A DNA stretch of 63,626 nt, the filler included. It is 4 parts of 4 records of this genome, joined end to end, with 100 filler letters (N's around TTAATTAATTAA, not from the genome) between each part and the next. Parts side by side here need not be neighbours in the genome. Positions count along the whole stretch, not along the records: positions 1 to 16,410 come from SRR22947725_2443; positions 16,511 to 41,165 come from SRR22947725_2445; 2 more parts are not named here. One strand, 5' to 3'. The position numbers and the translations under genes were made by a program. This document shows positions 10,114 through 20,289 of this stretch, in pieces. How positions within the stretch are numbered: position 1 is the first letter of the stretch; the number at the start of each line of letters is the position of its first letter. The notes under the pieces were generated by a model, which worked only from the letters and a program-made list of their open reading frames with translations, was not told the DNA's origin and did not search any database.

Positions 10114-11679
10114 ATGAAATTAAATTTTATTTACAAACTGCAATGTTTTTTATTAATAACATTGCAGTTTTTTTATACATACGGTCAAAACGAACTGAGT
10201 CAGGGTCCGTATGAACAGCTTATTTTAAGAGGAGTAACTCTTATTAATGGAAATGGAGCACCACCTATTGGTCCAGTAGATATTGAAATTAAAAAAAATG
10301 TTATTACAAAAGTTCAAGTAGTAGGTTATCCAGGCGTTAGTAAGAAAAGAAATGGTCCAAAACTTGAGAAAAATGGAGTTGAACTTGACTACACCGGAAT
10401 GTTTGTCCTTCCTGGTTTTATTGATATGCATGGACACATAGGGGGAGTTTCTCAAGGAGCTGATCCTGAATATGTTTTTAATCTTTGGATGGCTCATGGA
10501 ATTACAACAATTAGAGAACCAAGTGGCAGAGGATTAAATTTTACTCTAGATTTAAAAAGAAAAAGTGCAAAAAATTCAATAATTGCACCAAGAATATATT
10601 CTTACACTGGATTTGGAAGTGGAGCAGAAATAAACAACAAAGAAGATGCAATAAAATGGGTGAGAGAAAATGCAAAAAATGGTGCTGATGGAATTAAATT
10701 TTTTGGAGCAAACCCTGAAATATTAAAAGCTGCAATTAAAGAAAACAAAAGACTTGGATTGAGATCGGCTTTTCATCACGCCCAAATGAGCGTAGCTAGA
10801 TGGAATGTTTTAAACTCAGCAAAAGCTGGCTTAACAACAATGGAACACTGGTATGGATTACCAGAAGCTCTATTTTATGATAAAACAGTTCAAAACTACC
10901 CGCCTAACTATAATTATCAAAATGAACAGCATAGATTTGAAGAAGCTGGGAAATTATGGGAACAATCTGCAAAACCCTACAGTGAACACTGGAACAATGT
11001 AATGAATGAATTAATAAAACTTGATTTCACTTTGGACCCAACTTTCAATATATATGAAGCTAGCAGAGATTTACATAGAGCTAGACGTGCTGAATGGCAT
11101 GAAGAATATACTTTACCATCCTTATGGAAATTTTATGAACCTAGTAAAATTTCTCATGGTTCATATTGGCATTATTGGGGAACTGAACAAGAAGTTCAGT
11201 GGAAAAAAAACTATAAATTATGGATGACTTTTGTTAATGAATTTAAAAATCGTGGAGGAAGAGTAACTACCGGTTCGGACTCAGGATTTATTTATCAACT
11301 TTATGGATTTGCATATATAAGAGAACTAGAACTTTTAAGGGAAGCAGGATTTCATCCATTAGAAATTATTCGTTCAGCTACTTTAAATGGTGCAGAAGCA
11401 CTTGGTGCTGAAAAGAAAATTGGATCAATTGAAGTCGGTAAATTAGCAGATCTTGTCGTAATTGAAGAAAACCCGTTAGAAAATCTTAAAGTTTTATATG
11501 GGACTGGTGCAATTAAATTAAATGACAAAAATGAAGTAGTTCGTGTTGGAGGAGTTAAATACACAATAAAGGATGGAATAGTTTATGATTCTAAATTATT
11601 GCTTAAAAAAGTTAAAGAAATGGTTTCTAATAAAAAGAAAGAAGAGAATTTTAAAATAACTCAGCCTGGAATGAAATAA
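10114..11679 (+). CDS. Secreted metal-dependent amidohydrolase
   Basis: Signal peptide, PGFIDMHGH, GSDSG, ATLNGA, GSIEVGKLADLV. Confidence 0.88.
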   Translation: MKLNFIYKLQCFLLITLQFFYTYGQNELSQGPYEQLILRGVTLINGNGAPPIGPVDIEIKKNVITKVQVVGYPGVSKKRNGPKLEKNGVELDYTGMFVLPGFIDMHGHIGGVSQGADPEYVFNLWMAHGITTIREPSGRGLNFTLDLKRKSAKNSIIAPRIYSYTGFGSGAEINNKEDAIKWVRENAKNGADGIKFFGANPEILKAAIKENKRLGLRSAFHHAQMSVARWNVLNSAKAGLTTMEHWYGLPEALFYDKTVQNYPPNYNYQNEQHRFEEAGKLWEQSAKPYSEHWNNVMNELIKLDFTLDPTFNIYEASRDLHRARRAEWHEEYTLPSLWKFYEPSKISHGSYWHYWGTEQEVQWKKNYKLWMTFVNEFKNRGGRVTTGSDSGFIYQLYGFAYIRELELLREAGFHPLEIIRSATLNGAEALGAEKKIGSIEVGKLADLVVIEENPLENLKVLYGTGAIKLNDKNEVVRVGGVKYTIKDGIVYDSKLLLKKVKEMVSNKKKEENFKITQPGMK

Positions 11680-11694
11680 AATGAAAAAAGTAAA

Positions 11695-12489
11695 CTAATA
11701 TTTTTTATTAATTAAATTTCTTAAAAATGATATGCTTGAATTATTAAATATTTTTGGCTTATCTACGTTTACAACATGTCCACAATCAGGGACAACAATT
11801 AACTTTGAATTTTTATGTTCTTTGGTAATATGTTTAATTGATTCTAAAAACATATAATCTTCTGACCCCATTAAATACAGTGTTGGAATTTTTAACTCAA
11901 CTTGTCTAAAAAGTTTCAATAACGGGTTCAATTCAGATGTTAACTTATACCATCTCATAAATTCTTTTTGGTACAATTTCTTAGCCTCATTTATAAACAA
12001 AAGTCTTGATTTTTTATGATTTTCGTAGGGCATAATTACAAATGCAAAGAGTTTATAAATCCATATGTAGGGCACTACAGATTTAAAAACCGAACCAAGT
12101 TTAATCAAAAATCTTGAACGAAAATTAAGTTTCATTATAGCTCCAGCCATTATCATACTTTTAACCATTTTAGGGTAATATTCAGCTAATTGACGTATTA
12201 AGATTGTTCCTAATGATATTCCTATAAAATGAGAGCTCTTAATATTTTCTTTGTTTAAAACTTCTACAATATCATTTGATATTGATTTAAATGTATATTT
12301 TTTTTCAAAAACATTTTTGATATGATATTTCGATCTTCCATGTCCTCTTAAATCTAAAAGAATTACATTAAAGAATCTTTTAAACTCTTTTATTTGCCTA
12401 AACCAAATAGATGAACTGCCTCCAGCTCCATGAACAAAGGTTACCCACTCCTTAGAATTATTATTTTTGTATATCGAATAATTAATCAT
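11695..12489 (-). CDS. Alpha/beta hydrolase
   Basis: VHGAGG, DLRGHG, GISLG nucleophile elbow, GH catalytic His. Confidence 0.88.
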   Translation of the reverse strand: MINYSIYKNNNSKEWVTFVHGAGGSSSIWFRQIKEFKRFFNVILLDLRGHGRSKYHIKNVFEKKYTFKSISNDIVEVLNKENIKSSHFIGISLGTILIRQLAEYYPKMVKSMIMAGAIMKLNFRSRFLIKLGSVFKSVVPYIWIYKLFAFVIMPYENHKKSRLLFINEAKKLYQKEFMRWYKLTSELNPLLKLFRQVELKIPTLYLMGSEDYMFLESIKHITKEHKNSKLIVVPDCGHVVNVDKPKIFNNSSISFLRNLINKKY

Positions 12490-13306
12490 TAATATTATTT
12501 AACAATACGCACATTTTTGATTGAATTTTTTTAGCTTCCAAATATGATTTTTTTAGAAAATTTTTATCATTTCCTGCATATATTATAGACCTTGATGAAT
12601 TAACCAAAATTCCAATTTGATCGTTCACCCCATTTTTAAAAGTATCCTCTAAACTTCCACCTTGAGCTCCAACTCCAGGAATTAACAAAAAACTATTTGG
12701 AACAATTAATCTTACATCTTTTAGAAATGAAGCTTTTGTAGCACCAACTACATACATAAGATTATTAGAGTTTTTCCATTCTTGAGATTTAATTAAAACT
12801 TTTTTAAATAAATCTTGATCTGAATTTGTAGAATACTGAAAATCATTTGCCCCATTATTTGAAGTTAAGCCTAACAATATAGTATGCTTATCATTATAAT
12901 CCAGAAATGGTTCAATTGAATCATTTCCCATGTATGGTGAAACGGTTATAGAATCAAATTTCATATGACTAAAAAAAGCTCGAGCGTACATATCTGAAGT
13001 ATTTCCGATATCTCCTCTTTTGGCATCGGCAATCGTAAACAAATTTGGATAAGTATTATTAATATAATCAATCGTTTTTTCTAAAGTCTCCCATCCTTTC
13101 GATCCATGAACTTCGTAAAAAGCAGTATTAATTTTAACTGATACAATAAGTTCATTCAAAGCGTCTAAAAGTAATTTATTAAAACTGAAAATCGGATCAG
13201 ATTCTTCTAATAAAAATAATGGTATTTTATTAATATCACTATCAAGCCCTAGACATAGGAAAGAATTTTTAGAAATAATTTGATCTTTTAAAAAACTTGT
13301 TTTCAT
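12482..13306 (-). CDS. pyrF: Orotidine-5'-phosphate decarboxylase
   Basis: CLGLD, DAKRGDIGNT, VVGAT, PGVGAQGG, NSSRSII. Confidence 0.95.
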   Translation of the reverse strand: MKTSFLKDQIISKNSFLCLGLDSDINKIPLFLLEESDPIFSFNKLLLDALNELIVSVKINTAFYEVHGSKGWETLEKTIDYINNTYPNLFTIADAKRGDIGNTSDMYARAFFSHMKFDSITVSPYMGNDSIEPFLDYNDKHTILLGLTSNNGANDFQYSTNSDQDLFKKVLIKSQEWKNSNNLMYVVGATKASFLKDVRLIVPNSFLLIPGVGAQGGSLEDTFKNGVNDQIGILVNSSRSIIYAGNDKNFLKKSYLEAKKIQSKMCVLLNNIND

Positions 13307-13309
13307 AAA

Positions 13310-14389
13310 TTAAAAAACTTCTTCTGAATTTTTTAGTAATTCATTATTTTGAACAATTTTTAGCTCATCAATAATCTTTTGAATATCACCGTTTACTATA
13401 TTCTGTAAATCATATAATGTTAATCCTATTCTGTGATCAGTCACTCTTCCTTGAGGATAGTTATATGTTCTAATTTTAGCTGATCTGTCACCAGATGAAA
13501 CCATAGAGTTTCTTTTCAAGGAATCCTCCTCTAATTTTTTATTTAACTCTAATTCATATAGTCTAGATCTAAGAACTTTTAAAGCTTTATCCTTATTTTT
13601 ATGTTGTGATTTTTGATCCTGACACTGAGCTACAATTCCTGAAGGAGTGTGTGTTAACCTTACAGCTGAATATGTTGTGTTTACAGATTGTCCTCCAGGA
13701 CCAGATGAGCAAAAATAATCAATACGAACATCATTCATATTAATTTCAACATCAAACTCCTCAGCCTCAGGCAAAACCATGACAGTTGCAGCAGATGTAT
13801 GAACTCTTCCCTGAGTTTCAGTTTGAGGAACTCTCTGTACACGATGAACGCCAGATTCAAACTTAAGAAGACCATAAACTTCATCATTTCCTGAAACCTC
13901 AAATATTATTTCTTTATATCCACCAGCGGTTCCAGGGCTAGCATCAACTAAACTTACTTTCCAATTTCTTCCCTCACAATATTTAGTGTACATTCTAAAA
14001 AGATCACCTGCAAAAATACTAGCTTCATCTCCCCCAGTTCCTGCCCTTAACTCAACAACAACATTTTTTGAATCATCTGGATCTTTTGGAATTAACAAAA
14101 ATTTGATTTCTTCTTCAATTAATTTTATTTTTTCATTAGAATCCTTTAATTCTTGGTTTGCCATTTCTAGCATTTCTTTATCAACTTCAATTTTAATAAT
14201 TTCCTCTGCTTCTTCTTTGTTAGAAATTAAACTTTCGTACTTTTTTTTCTTTTCAATTAAATGACCAAGATCTTTATATTCCTTATTTAATTTAATATAT
14301 CTCTTTTGATCAGTTATAATATCAGGTTGTATAATAAGATCTGAAACCTCATTGTATCTTTGTTGAACAATATTTAACTTATCTAACAT
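13310..14389 (-). CDS. prfA: Peptide chain release factor 1
   Basis: [12 protein letters not shown] (PxT), [23 protein letters not shown]. Confidence 0.97.
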   Translation of the reverse strand: MLDKLNIVQQRYNEVSDLIIQPDIITDQKRYIKLNKEYKDLGHLIEKKKKYESLISNKEEAEEIIKIEVDKEMLEMANQELKDSNEKIKLIEEEIKFLLIPKDPDDSKNVVVELRAGTGGDEASIFAGDLFRMYTKYCEGRNWKVSLVDASPGTAGGYKEIIFEVSGNDEVYGLLKFESGVHRVQRVPQTETQGRVHTSAATVMVLPEAEEFDVEINMNDVRIDYFCSSGPGGQSVNTTYSAVRLTHTPSGIVAQCQDQKSQHKNKDKALKVLRSRLYELELNKKLEEDSLKRNSMVSSGDRSAKIRTYNYPQGRVTDHRIGLTLYDLQNIVNGDIQKIIDELKIVQNNELLKNSEEVF

Positions 14390-14434
14390 TTAAAAAAAAT
14401 TAATATTTACGAATTTAGAATATTTTCAAATTTA

Positions 14435-15613
14435 TTAGTATTCAAAAGTTCCATAATCTGAAATAATAGTTAGTTTTTTTGAATCACTAGCCTCTACTTT
14501 TCCAATTATTTTAGCATCAACTCCAAATGACTTTGAAATTTCTATTATATTATTGGCTACGCTTGAATCAACATACATCTCCATTCGGTGTCCCATATTA
14601 AAAACCTTATACATTTCCTTCCAATCAGTTTTAGATTCATTTTTAATAATTTCAAATAATTTAGGAGTTTGAAATAAATTATCTTTTATGATATGTAAAT
14701 TATCAATAAAATGTAGAATTTTAGTCTGAGCACCTCCACTGCAATGAATCATTCCATGTATCGTACTAGAATCATACTTGCTTAAAATTTTTTTTATAAC
14801 TGGAGCATAAGTTCTAGTAGGTGAAAGAACTAATTTTCCAGCATCTAAGTCAACACCCTCAATTTTTTGTTTAAGGTCATATGAACCAGAATATATGAGT
14901 TCATCAGGCACTAAAGGATCAAAACTTTCGGGGTATTTCAAAGCTAGACTTTTATTAAAAATATCGTGTCTAGCAGATGTCAAGCCATTACTTCCCATAC
15001 CACCATTATATTCAGATTCATAATTTGCTTTTCCAAAAGATTCTAAACCGATTATCAAATCTCCATTTGTTATTTTAGAATTATCAATAACATCTGATTT
15101 CTTCATTCTAGCTACAACTGTTGAATCAACAATTATAGTTCTAACTAAATCTCCGACATCCGCAGTTTCACCACCTGTTGACTTTATATTTACACCATAA
15201 TTAGACATTTCAAGAATTAACTCCTCTGTACCTTCAATAATTGCTTGAATTACCTCACCAGGAATCAAATTCTTATTTCTACCAATTGTTGATGAAAGTA
15301 AAATATTGTCAACAGCGCCAACACACAATAAATCATCAATATTCATTATTAGTGCATCTTGAGCAATTCCCTTCCAAACAGATAAATCTCCTGTCTCTTT
15401 CCAATACATATAAGCTAATGAAGATTTAGTTCCAGCTCCATCAGCGTGCATCACTAAACAGTAATTTGAGTCACCTGAAAGATAGTCAGGAACTATTTTG
15501 CAAAATGCTTTTGGAAATAAACCTTTATCAACATTTTTAATTGCGTTATGAACATCTACTTTATCAGCCGAAACACCCCTTAAACTATAACGATCTATTT
15601 TTTTTTCACTCAT
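14435..15613 (-). CDS. purM: Phosphoribosylformylglycinamidine cyclo-ligase (Bacteroidetes-type AIR synthase)
   Basis: HADGAGTK, GGETADV, GSNGLT, LSPTRTY, VFNMGHR. Confidence 0.88.
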   Translation of the reverse strand: MSEKKIDRYSLRGVSADKVDVHNAIKNVDKGLFPKAFCKIVPDYLSGDSNYCLVMHADGAGTKSSLAYMYWKETGDLSVWKGIAQDALIMNIDDLLCVGAVDNILLSSTIGRNKNLIPGEVIQAIIEGTEELILEMSNYGVNIKSTGGETADVGDLVRTIIVDSTVVARMKKSDVIDNSKITNGDLIIGLESFGKANYESEYNGGMGSNGLTSARHDIFNKSLALKYPESFDPLVPDELIYSGSYDLKQKIEGVDLDAGKLVLSPTRTYAPVIKKILSKYDSSTIHGMIHCSGGAQTKILHFIDNLHIIKDNLFQTPKLFEIIKNESKTDWKEMYKVFNMGHRMEMYVDSSVANNIIEISKSFGVDAKIIGKVEASDSKKLTIISDYGTFEY

Positions 15614-15855
15614 CTAAAACAAAGATACAAGTAATGGTAAGGATTTAAAATTTTATTTGAACTAAATAATTTTATAAAAAAATATCAAAACCTTAATTTA
15701 TTACCTAAAAATTATTAAAAAGAAAAAAAATATTATAAAAAAATACAGTATTGATAAAAATTGATTCTGTTTATATCTTTTAAAAAGTTAAATCGCTTAA
15801 AATCAATAATATATTTTATTTTTATTGTTAAATAATTTATTAAATCTTTTTAAAA

Positions 15856-16410
15856 ATGAGTAAATCTAAATTAGAATACATCTGGTTGGACGGTTATGAA
15901 CCAACCCAAAACATGAGAAGTAAAACTAAAGTCCTAGAAGATTTTAGTGGAAAACTTGAAGACTGTCCTATCTGGTCATTTGACGGTTCATCTACAAAAC
16001 AAGCTGAAGGTGGCTCATCAGACTGTTTACTTAAACCAGTTGCAATATATCCAGACCCTGACAGAGTTAATGGATTCTTAGTTATGACTGAGGTGTTAAA
16101 TGCTGATGGATCAGCCCATGAATCTAATGCTAGAGCAACAATTGATGATGATGATAATGACTTTTGGTTTGGATTTGAACAAGAATATTTTATCATGGAT
16201 TGTGATACTTTATTGCCATTAGGTTTCCCTGTTGGTGGTTACCCAGGTCCACAAGGAATGTATTACTGTTCTGTAGGAGGTAAAAATACACACGGTCGTG
16301 ATTTAGTAGAAGAACATGCAGATCAATGTATTGAAGCAGGATTAAATTTTGAAGGAATCAATCAAGAAGTTGCTAGCGGTCAATGGGAATTTCAATTATT
16401 CGCAAAAGGT
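15856..16410 (+). CDS. glnII: Glutamine synthetase type II, 3'-truncated at contig end
   Basis: EYIWLDG, WSFDGSST, FGFEQEY, GPQGMYYC, INQEV...QWEFQ. Confidence 0.9.
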
Positions 16411-16510
16411 NNNNNNNNNNNNNNNNNNNNNNNNNNNNNNNNNNNNNNNNNNNNTTAATTAATTAANNNNNNNNNNNNNNNNNNNNNNNNNNNNNNNNNN
16501 NNNNNNNNNN
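16411..16510. other. Artificial contig linker
   Basis: N44-TTAATTAATTAA-N44 (stops in all six frames). Confidence 0.99.
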
Positions 16511-16925
16511 CAGAGTTAAAAAAAGTATTAGTGAATCCAAGTTTTTCTTTTACTCCTTCTACTCCCAAGCGATACCCGTCCCACTGTTCTCTAAGTGGAT
16601 CGCGCTCCTGAACAAAAAGCAATTCAAAAACTTCTGTTTCCTTAACAGTTTGAGCTTCTTTGTAAATGATAAGGATGGCATGTGGCTCCTTTAACCCTGT
16701 GAGGTAATAAAAGTTTGGATTCTGATGGTAGTGAAAATCTACATCATTGGCTCGGTTTCGAACAGGATTGGCAAAAAACACAGCAACACTGTTGGGAGGC
16801 ATCTTTGCGCGTACTGCTGCACGGCGGTCAGCATGAAATGCTGGTGTTAAATAATCGGATGGAATCTCTTGAGCCCATAAACAAAATATCGAAAAACATG
16901 TGAATAAAATGGAGCGTAACATCAT
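16511..16925 (-). CDS. pepP: Xaa-Pro aminopeptidase N-terminal part, truncated at contig edge
   Basis: Signal-like N-terminus, RANDVDFHYHQNPNFYYLTG, EQWDG. Confidence 0.8.
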
Positions 16926-16970
16926 CTTCTTTTTTGCTAATTTAATTAAAACTATGGTACTTTTGAATGT

Positions 16971-18050
16971 ATGAAAACTCTTCCATTACATAAACTTCAC
17001 CATGAGCTTGGTGCAAAAATGGGGCCATTTGCAGGATTCCAGATGCCCTTAACCTATAAAGGTGTTAAGGCAGAACACCTTTGTGTTCGAGAGCATGTAG
17101 GCGTTTTTGATGTATCCCACATGGGTGAGTTTATAGTGTCGGGAGATAATGCGCTTTCTTTTCTTCAACATACCACAAGTAATAATGTGGCAGCTCTAGC
17201 AATTGGAGATGCCCAGTACGGATATATTCCAAATGACAAGGGCGGTGTTGTAGATGATTTACTTATCTACAGGTTGGAAGAAGAAACTTTTATGTTGGTA
17301 GTAAATGCAAGTAACCTAGAAAAAGACTGGGATTGGTTCAATCAACAAAATCAATCGTTTGGTGCGCTACTTAAAAATCAATCAGAAAACTGTGCCCTAT
17401 TAGCTGTTCAAGGGCCAAAAGCACATGTATTAATACGTGAACTTTCGTCGATAAATTCCGCACAACAAAAGCCTTTTACCATTCAGTCAGCGACGGTTGC
17501 AAATGCTGAAAATGTTTGGGTAGCCACCACAGGCTACACTGGTGCTGGTGGTGTTGAACTTTATGTTCCTATTTCTAACGTGGTTCAAGTCTGGAAAGCG
17601 TTAATTCGTGAAGGAGCAGCCCATAACATCCAACCTATTGGACTTGCTGCACGCGATACGCTTCGCATCGAAATGGGTTATTGTCTTTACGGCCATGAGC
17701 TATCTGAGGAGACTTCTCCAATTTCGGCTCGATTAAGCTGGTGTACAGATTTTAGCAAGTCCTTTGTTGGCGATTCTATTATAAAAGATGAGAAACTCAA
17801 AGGCACCCCACAAGTTCGTATTGGCTTTACCATGATTGAACGTGGTATTCCACGACAAGGATACACATTAACAACAGAAGATGGAACGCCAATTGGGAAA
17901 GTTTCCTCAGGCACCTCGTCACCTTCGCTTGGGGTTGGCATTGGGTTGGGTTATATTGATCGAGATTATAGTAACGTTGGTACTGAAATTTATGTACTAA
18001 TAAGAGAGAAGATCATTAAAGCAAGCGTAGTCCGCTTGCCTTTTATTTAA
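16971..18050 (+). CDS. gcvT: Glycine cleavage system T protein
   Basis: [37 protein letters not shown]. Confidence 0.97.
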   Translation: MKTLPLHKLHHELGAKMGPFAGFQMPLTYKGVKAEHLCVREHVGVFDVSHMGEFIVSGDNALSFLQHTTSNNVAALAIGDAQYGYIPNDKGGVVDDLLIYRLEEETFMLVVNASNLEKDWDWFNQQNQSFGALLKNQSENCALLAVQGPKAHVLIRELSSINSAQQKPFTIQSATVANAENVWVATTGYTGAGGVELYVPISNVVQVWKALIREGAAHNIQPIGLAARDTLRIEMGYCLYGHELSEETSPISARLSWCTDFSKSFVGDSIIKDEKLKGTPQVRIGFTMIERGIPRQGYTLTTEDGTPIGKVSSGTSSPSLGVGIGLGYIDRDYSNVGTEIYVLIREKIIKASVVRLPFI

Positions 18051-18054
18051 TAGT

Positions 18055-18885
18055 ATGAAGCGTATTCTCATAATTGGCGGAAGTGGCTTTCTTGGGCGTG
18101 CCCTTTTTAAAGAGCTTCACCCCTATTTTGATGTATATGCTACCTACTGCAATCAAGAACGTTATGCGAAAAACAAACGTTATTTTGATTACGACATCCA
18201 GCAAGACGCTCCAACAGTGCTACTCAACCACATAAAACCAGATATCATTATATCCGCTCTTAGGGGTGACGCAGAATCGCAGTTTATAGCTCACGATATG
18301 ATTATTAATTACGTCGTAAAAAACGACAAAAGAATCGTTTTTCTTTCTTCTGCCAATGTATATGATAGCTTTAGACACTACCCAAGCTATGAACACGATA
18401 AAACCTTATCTGAAAGTAATTTTGGAAAGCTTAAAATAAAACTAGAAAACAAAATTTTAAGGATGCCTCCCTTTAGCTGGTCGATTGGACGCTTACCCAT
18501 GGTCTTTGGATCAGCTTCGCCTAGGTTACAAGAAATAAAAGCTTGCATAAAAACACAAAAAACTTATGAAATATTTCCAAATACTGTGATTAATGTAGCT
18601 GCCGATTATTTTATTACACAACAATTGCATTACATCATTAACCGAAACCTTTGGGGCATTTTTCATTTAGGGAGTACAGACCTCATTCATCATGATGAAT
18701 TTATAGCGGAAATAGTAGGCGAGATTGACTCAAAATCTCAACTAAAATATAAGCATGTTTATGCAAGCAATATCGATCGTTACATTGCTGTTTTACCCAA
18801 GTACAACAAACTTCCCAAGCATTTAAACTATACTACTAAAGACGTAGTAAAAGAGACGCTAAAAACAATCTTGAAACAGAAATAG
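18055..18885 (+). CDS. RmlD-like sugar-nucleotide-binding SDR protein
   Basis: IIGGSGFLG Rossmann motif, FLSSANVY, RLPMVFG, GIFHLG. Confidence 0.75.
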   Translation: MKRILIIGGSGFLGRALFKELHPYFDVYATYCNQERYAKNKRYFDYDIQQDAPTVLLNHIKPDIIISALRGDAESQFIAHDMIINYVVKNDKRIVFLSSANVYDSFRHYPSYEHDKTLSESNFGKLKIKLENKILRMPPFSWSIGRLPMVFGSASPRLQEIKACIKTQKTYEIFPNTVINVAADYFITQQLHYIINRNLWGIFHLGSTDLIHHDEFIAEIVGEIDSKSQLKYKHVYASNIDRYIAVLPKYNKLPKHLNYTTKDVVKETLKTILKQK

Positions 18886-18946
18886 CGCAATACATATTAG
18901 CATTGAAGTACTTATTTTGAAACCAATTATTTAATGTAATTATTGT

Positions 18947-18979
18947 TTTGCATTCATTAAACAAAAATTTGTACCTTTG
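18947..18979 (+). promoter_or_regulatory. Bacteroidetes -33/-7 promoter with no annotated gene directly downstream
   Basis: TTTG (18947-18950), 21-nt spacer, TACCTTTG (18972-18979). Confidence 0.7.
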
Positions 18980-18983
18980 AATA

Positions 18984-19087
18984 GAGCAAGCCCCAAATTT
19001 GTTCTTCACTGTAAACCGTATTTTTTTTAAGAATCTTTTGGGTTGCTTTTTGCACATAGCTGAAACTGTATTTGTTTCGGATTGTGC
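18984..19087 (+). ncRNA. Candidate structured RNA/5' leader (CCCCAA-loop motif, copy 1)
   Basis: GAGCAAG-CCCCAAA-TTTGTTC hairpin, complementary TTTGGGTTGCT at 19037-19047, second hairpin GCACA..CTGAAAC/GTTTCGG..TGTGC. Confidence 0.45.
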
Positions 19088-19127
19088 CATATATACTGAT
19101 AAGAACCAACTAAAATCACTTTGCGTT

Positions 19128-19232
19128 ATGGCAAAGAAATTACAATACAGAAGAAAGAATAATAAACGTATTATGTCATTAACAACGCTTATGGTACTTT
19201 GGATGATACTGCTTATTATATTTCTGCTTTGA
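19128..19232 (+). CDS. Candidate 34-aa basic, single-TM peptide
   Basis: MAKKLQYRRKNNKRIMSLTTLMVLWMILLIIFLL; ATG start in a 690-nt otherwise empty gap. Confidence 0.45.
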   Translation: MAKKLQYRRKNNKRIMSLTTLMVLWMILLIIFLL

Positions 19233-19572
19233 ATGCTTTTAACCATAAAATTAGATCTGCTGTTAAGCAAAAACGCATCCTCTTTTAATTCCTACTACAC
19301 TCACATTCTCGCTACCTATATGTATTCGTATGCTATTCTTAAATAAAAGGATTTAGCGTTAATTATTTTTACTGTTGTCATGTATTATTCAAGAAAAATT
19401 GATTGGTATGATTTAAAGCTTGGAAGTACAAAAAAATAGTTTTTTTACTTACCGGTTTCAATAGAAGTAGTGAAAAAACATACCAAAGGGTGTACACCTT
19501 TTTTCTTTATAAGCCTACGTTCTATTCGTCTTAAAACTCCATTTGCTTTTTTATCTTTGACAAAACGATTTT

Positions 19573-20289
19573 ATGGGAAGAGCATTTGAATTTCGAAAAG
19601 CACGTAAAATGAAGCGTTGGTCTGCTATGGCCAAAACCTTTACACGTATTGGAAAAGACATTGTGATGGCAGTTAAAGAGGGTGGCCCATACCCCGAATC
19701 CAATTCACGTCTACGGGCAGTTATTCAAAATGCCAAGGCAGCCAACATGCCAAAAGACAATATCGAGCGTGCGATTAAACGCGCTTCAGATAAAAGTACC
19801 GAGAATTATAAGGAAGTCTTGTTTGAAGGATATGCACCTCATGGAATCGCAGTACTGGTAGAAACCGCCACAGATAATAATAATCGTACAGTTGCCAATG
19901 TGCGTAGTTATTTTAATAAATGTAACGGAAATCTTAGCACTTCAGGCTCTGTAGAATTTATGTTTGATCATAGCTGCAACTTCAGAATTGCACCAGATGG
20001 ATTAGATGCAGAAGAGCTAGAATTAGAATTTATAGATTTTGGCGTGGATGAAGTTTTTGTAGATGAAGATGGCATTCTCTTGTATGCGCCTTTTGAAAGT
20101 TTTGGTGCTATCCAAAAAGAATTAGAAAATCGAGCGATCGAAATTTTATCTTCAGGGTTTGAACGTATTCCTACAACTACGACAACTTTGTCAGGTGAGG
20201 CAGTAGAAGAAGTAGAGAAATTAATTGAAAAGCTTGAGGAAGACGAAGACGTTCAAAACGTTTATCATTCAATGATCTTAGGAGAGTAA
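19573..20289 (+). CDS. yebC: YebC/PmpR family protein
   Basis: MGRAFEFRK, NMPKDNIERAI, EGYAPHG, TDNNNRT, DVQNVYH. Confidence 0.95.
   Translation: MGRAFEFRKARKMKRWSAMAKTFTRIGKDIVMAVKEGGPYPESNSRLRAVIQNAKAANMPKDNIERAIKRASDKSTENYKEVLFEGYAPHGIAVLVETATDNNNRTVANVRSYFNKCNGNLSTSGSVEFMFDHSCNFRIAPDGLDAEELELEFIDFGVDEVFVDEDGILLYAPFESFGAIQKELENRAIEILSSGFERIPTTTTTLSGEAVEEVEKLIEKLEEDEDVQNVYHSMILGE

Noticed and set aside
16455-16466. TTAATTAATTAA repeated three times in the window
   Set aside because: Always centred in N-runs; a synthetic all-frame-stop linker, not a biological repeat
15856-16925. glnII and pepP as truncated pseudogenes or convergent neighbours
   Set aside because: Both are cut by contig ends and lie on different contigs
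18836-19270. ORF-track 144-aa minus ORF and 77-aa plus ORF (18999-19232)
   Set aside because: Non-ATG starts, no recognisable protein character, and they overlap the promoter and structured RNA; only the ATG-started 34-aa tail is retained
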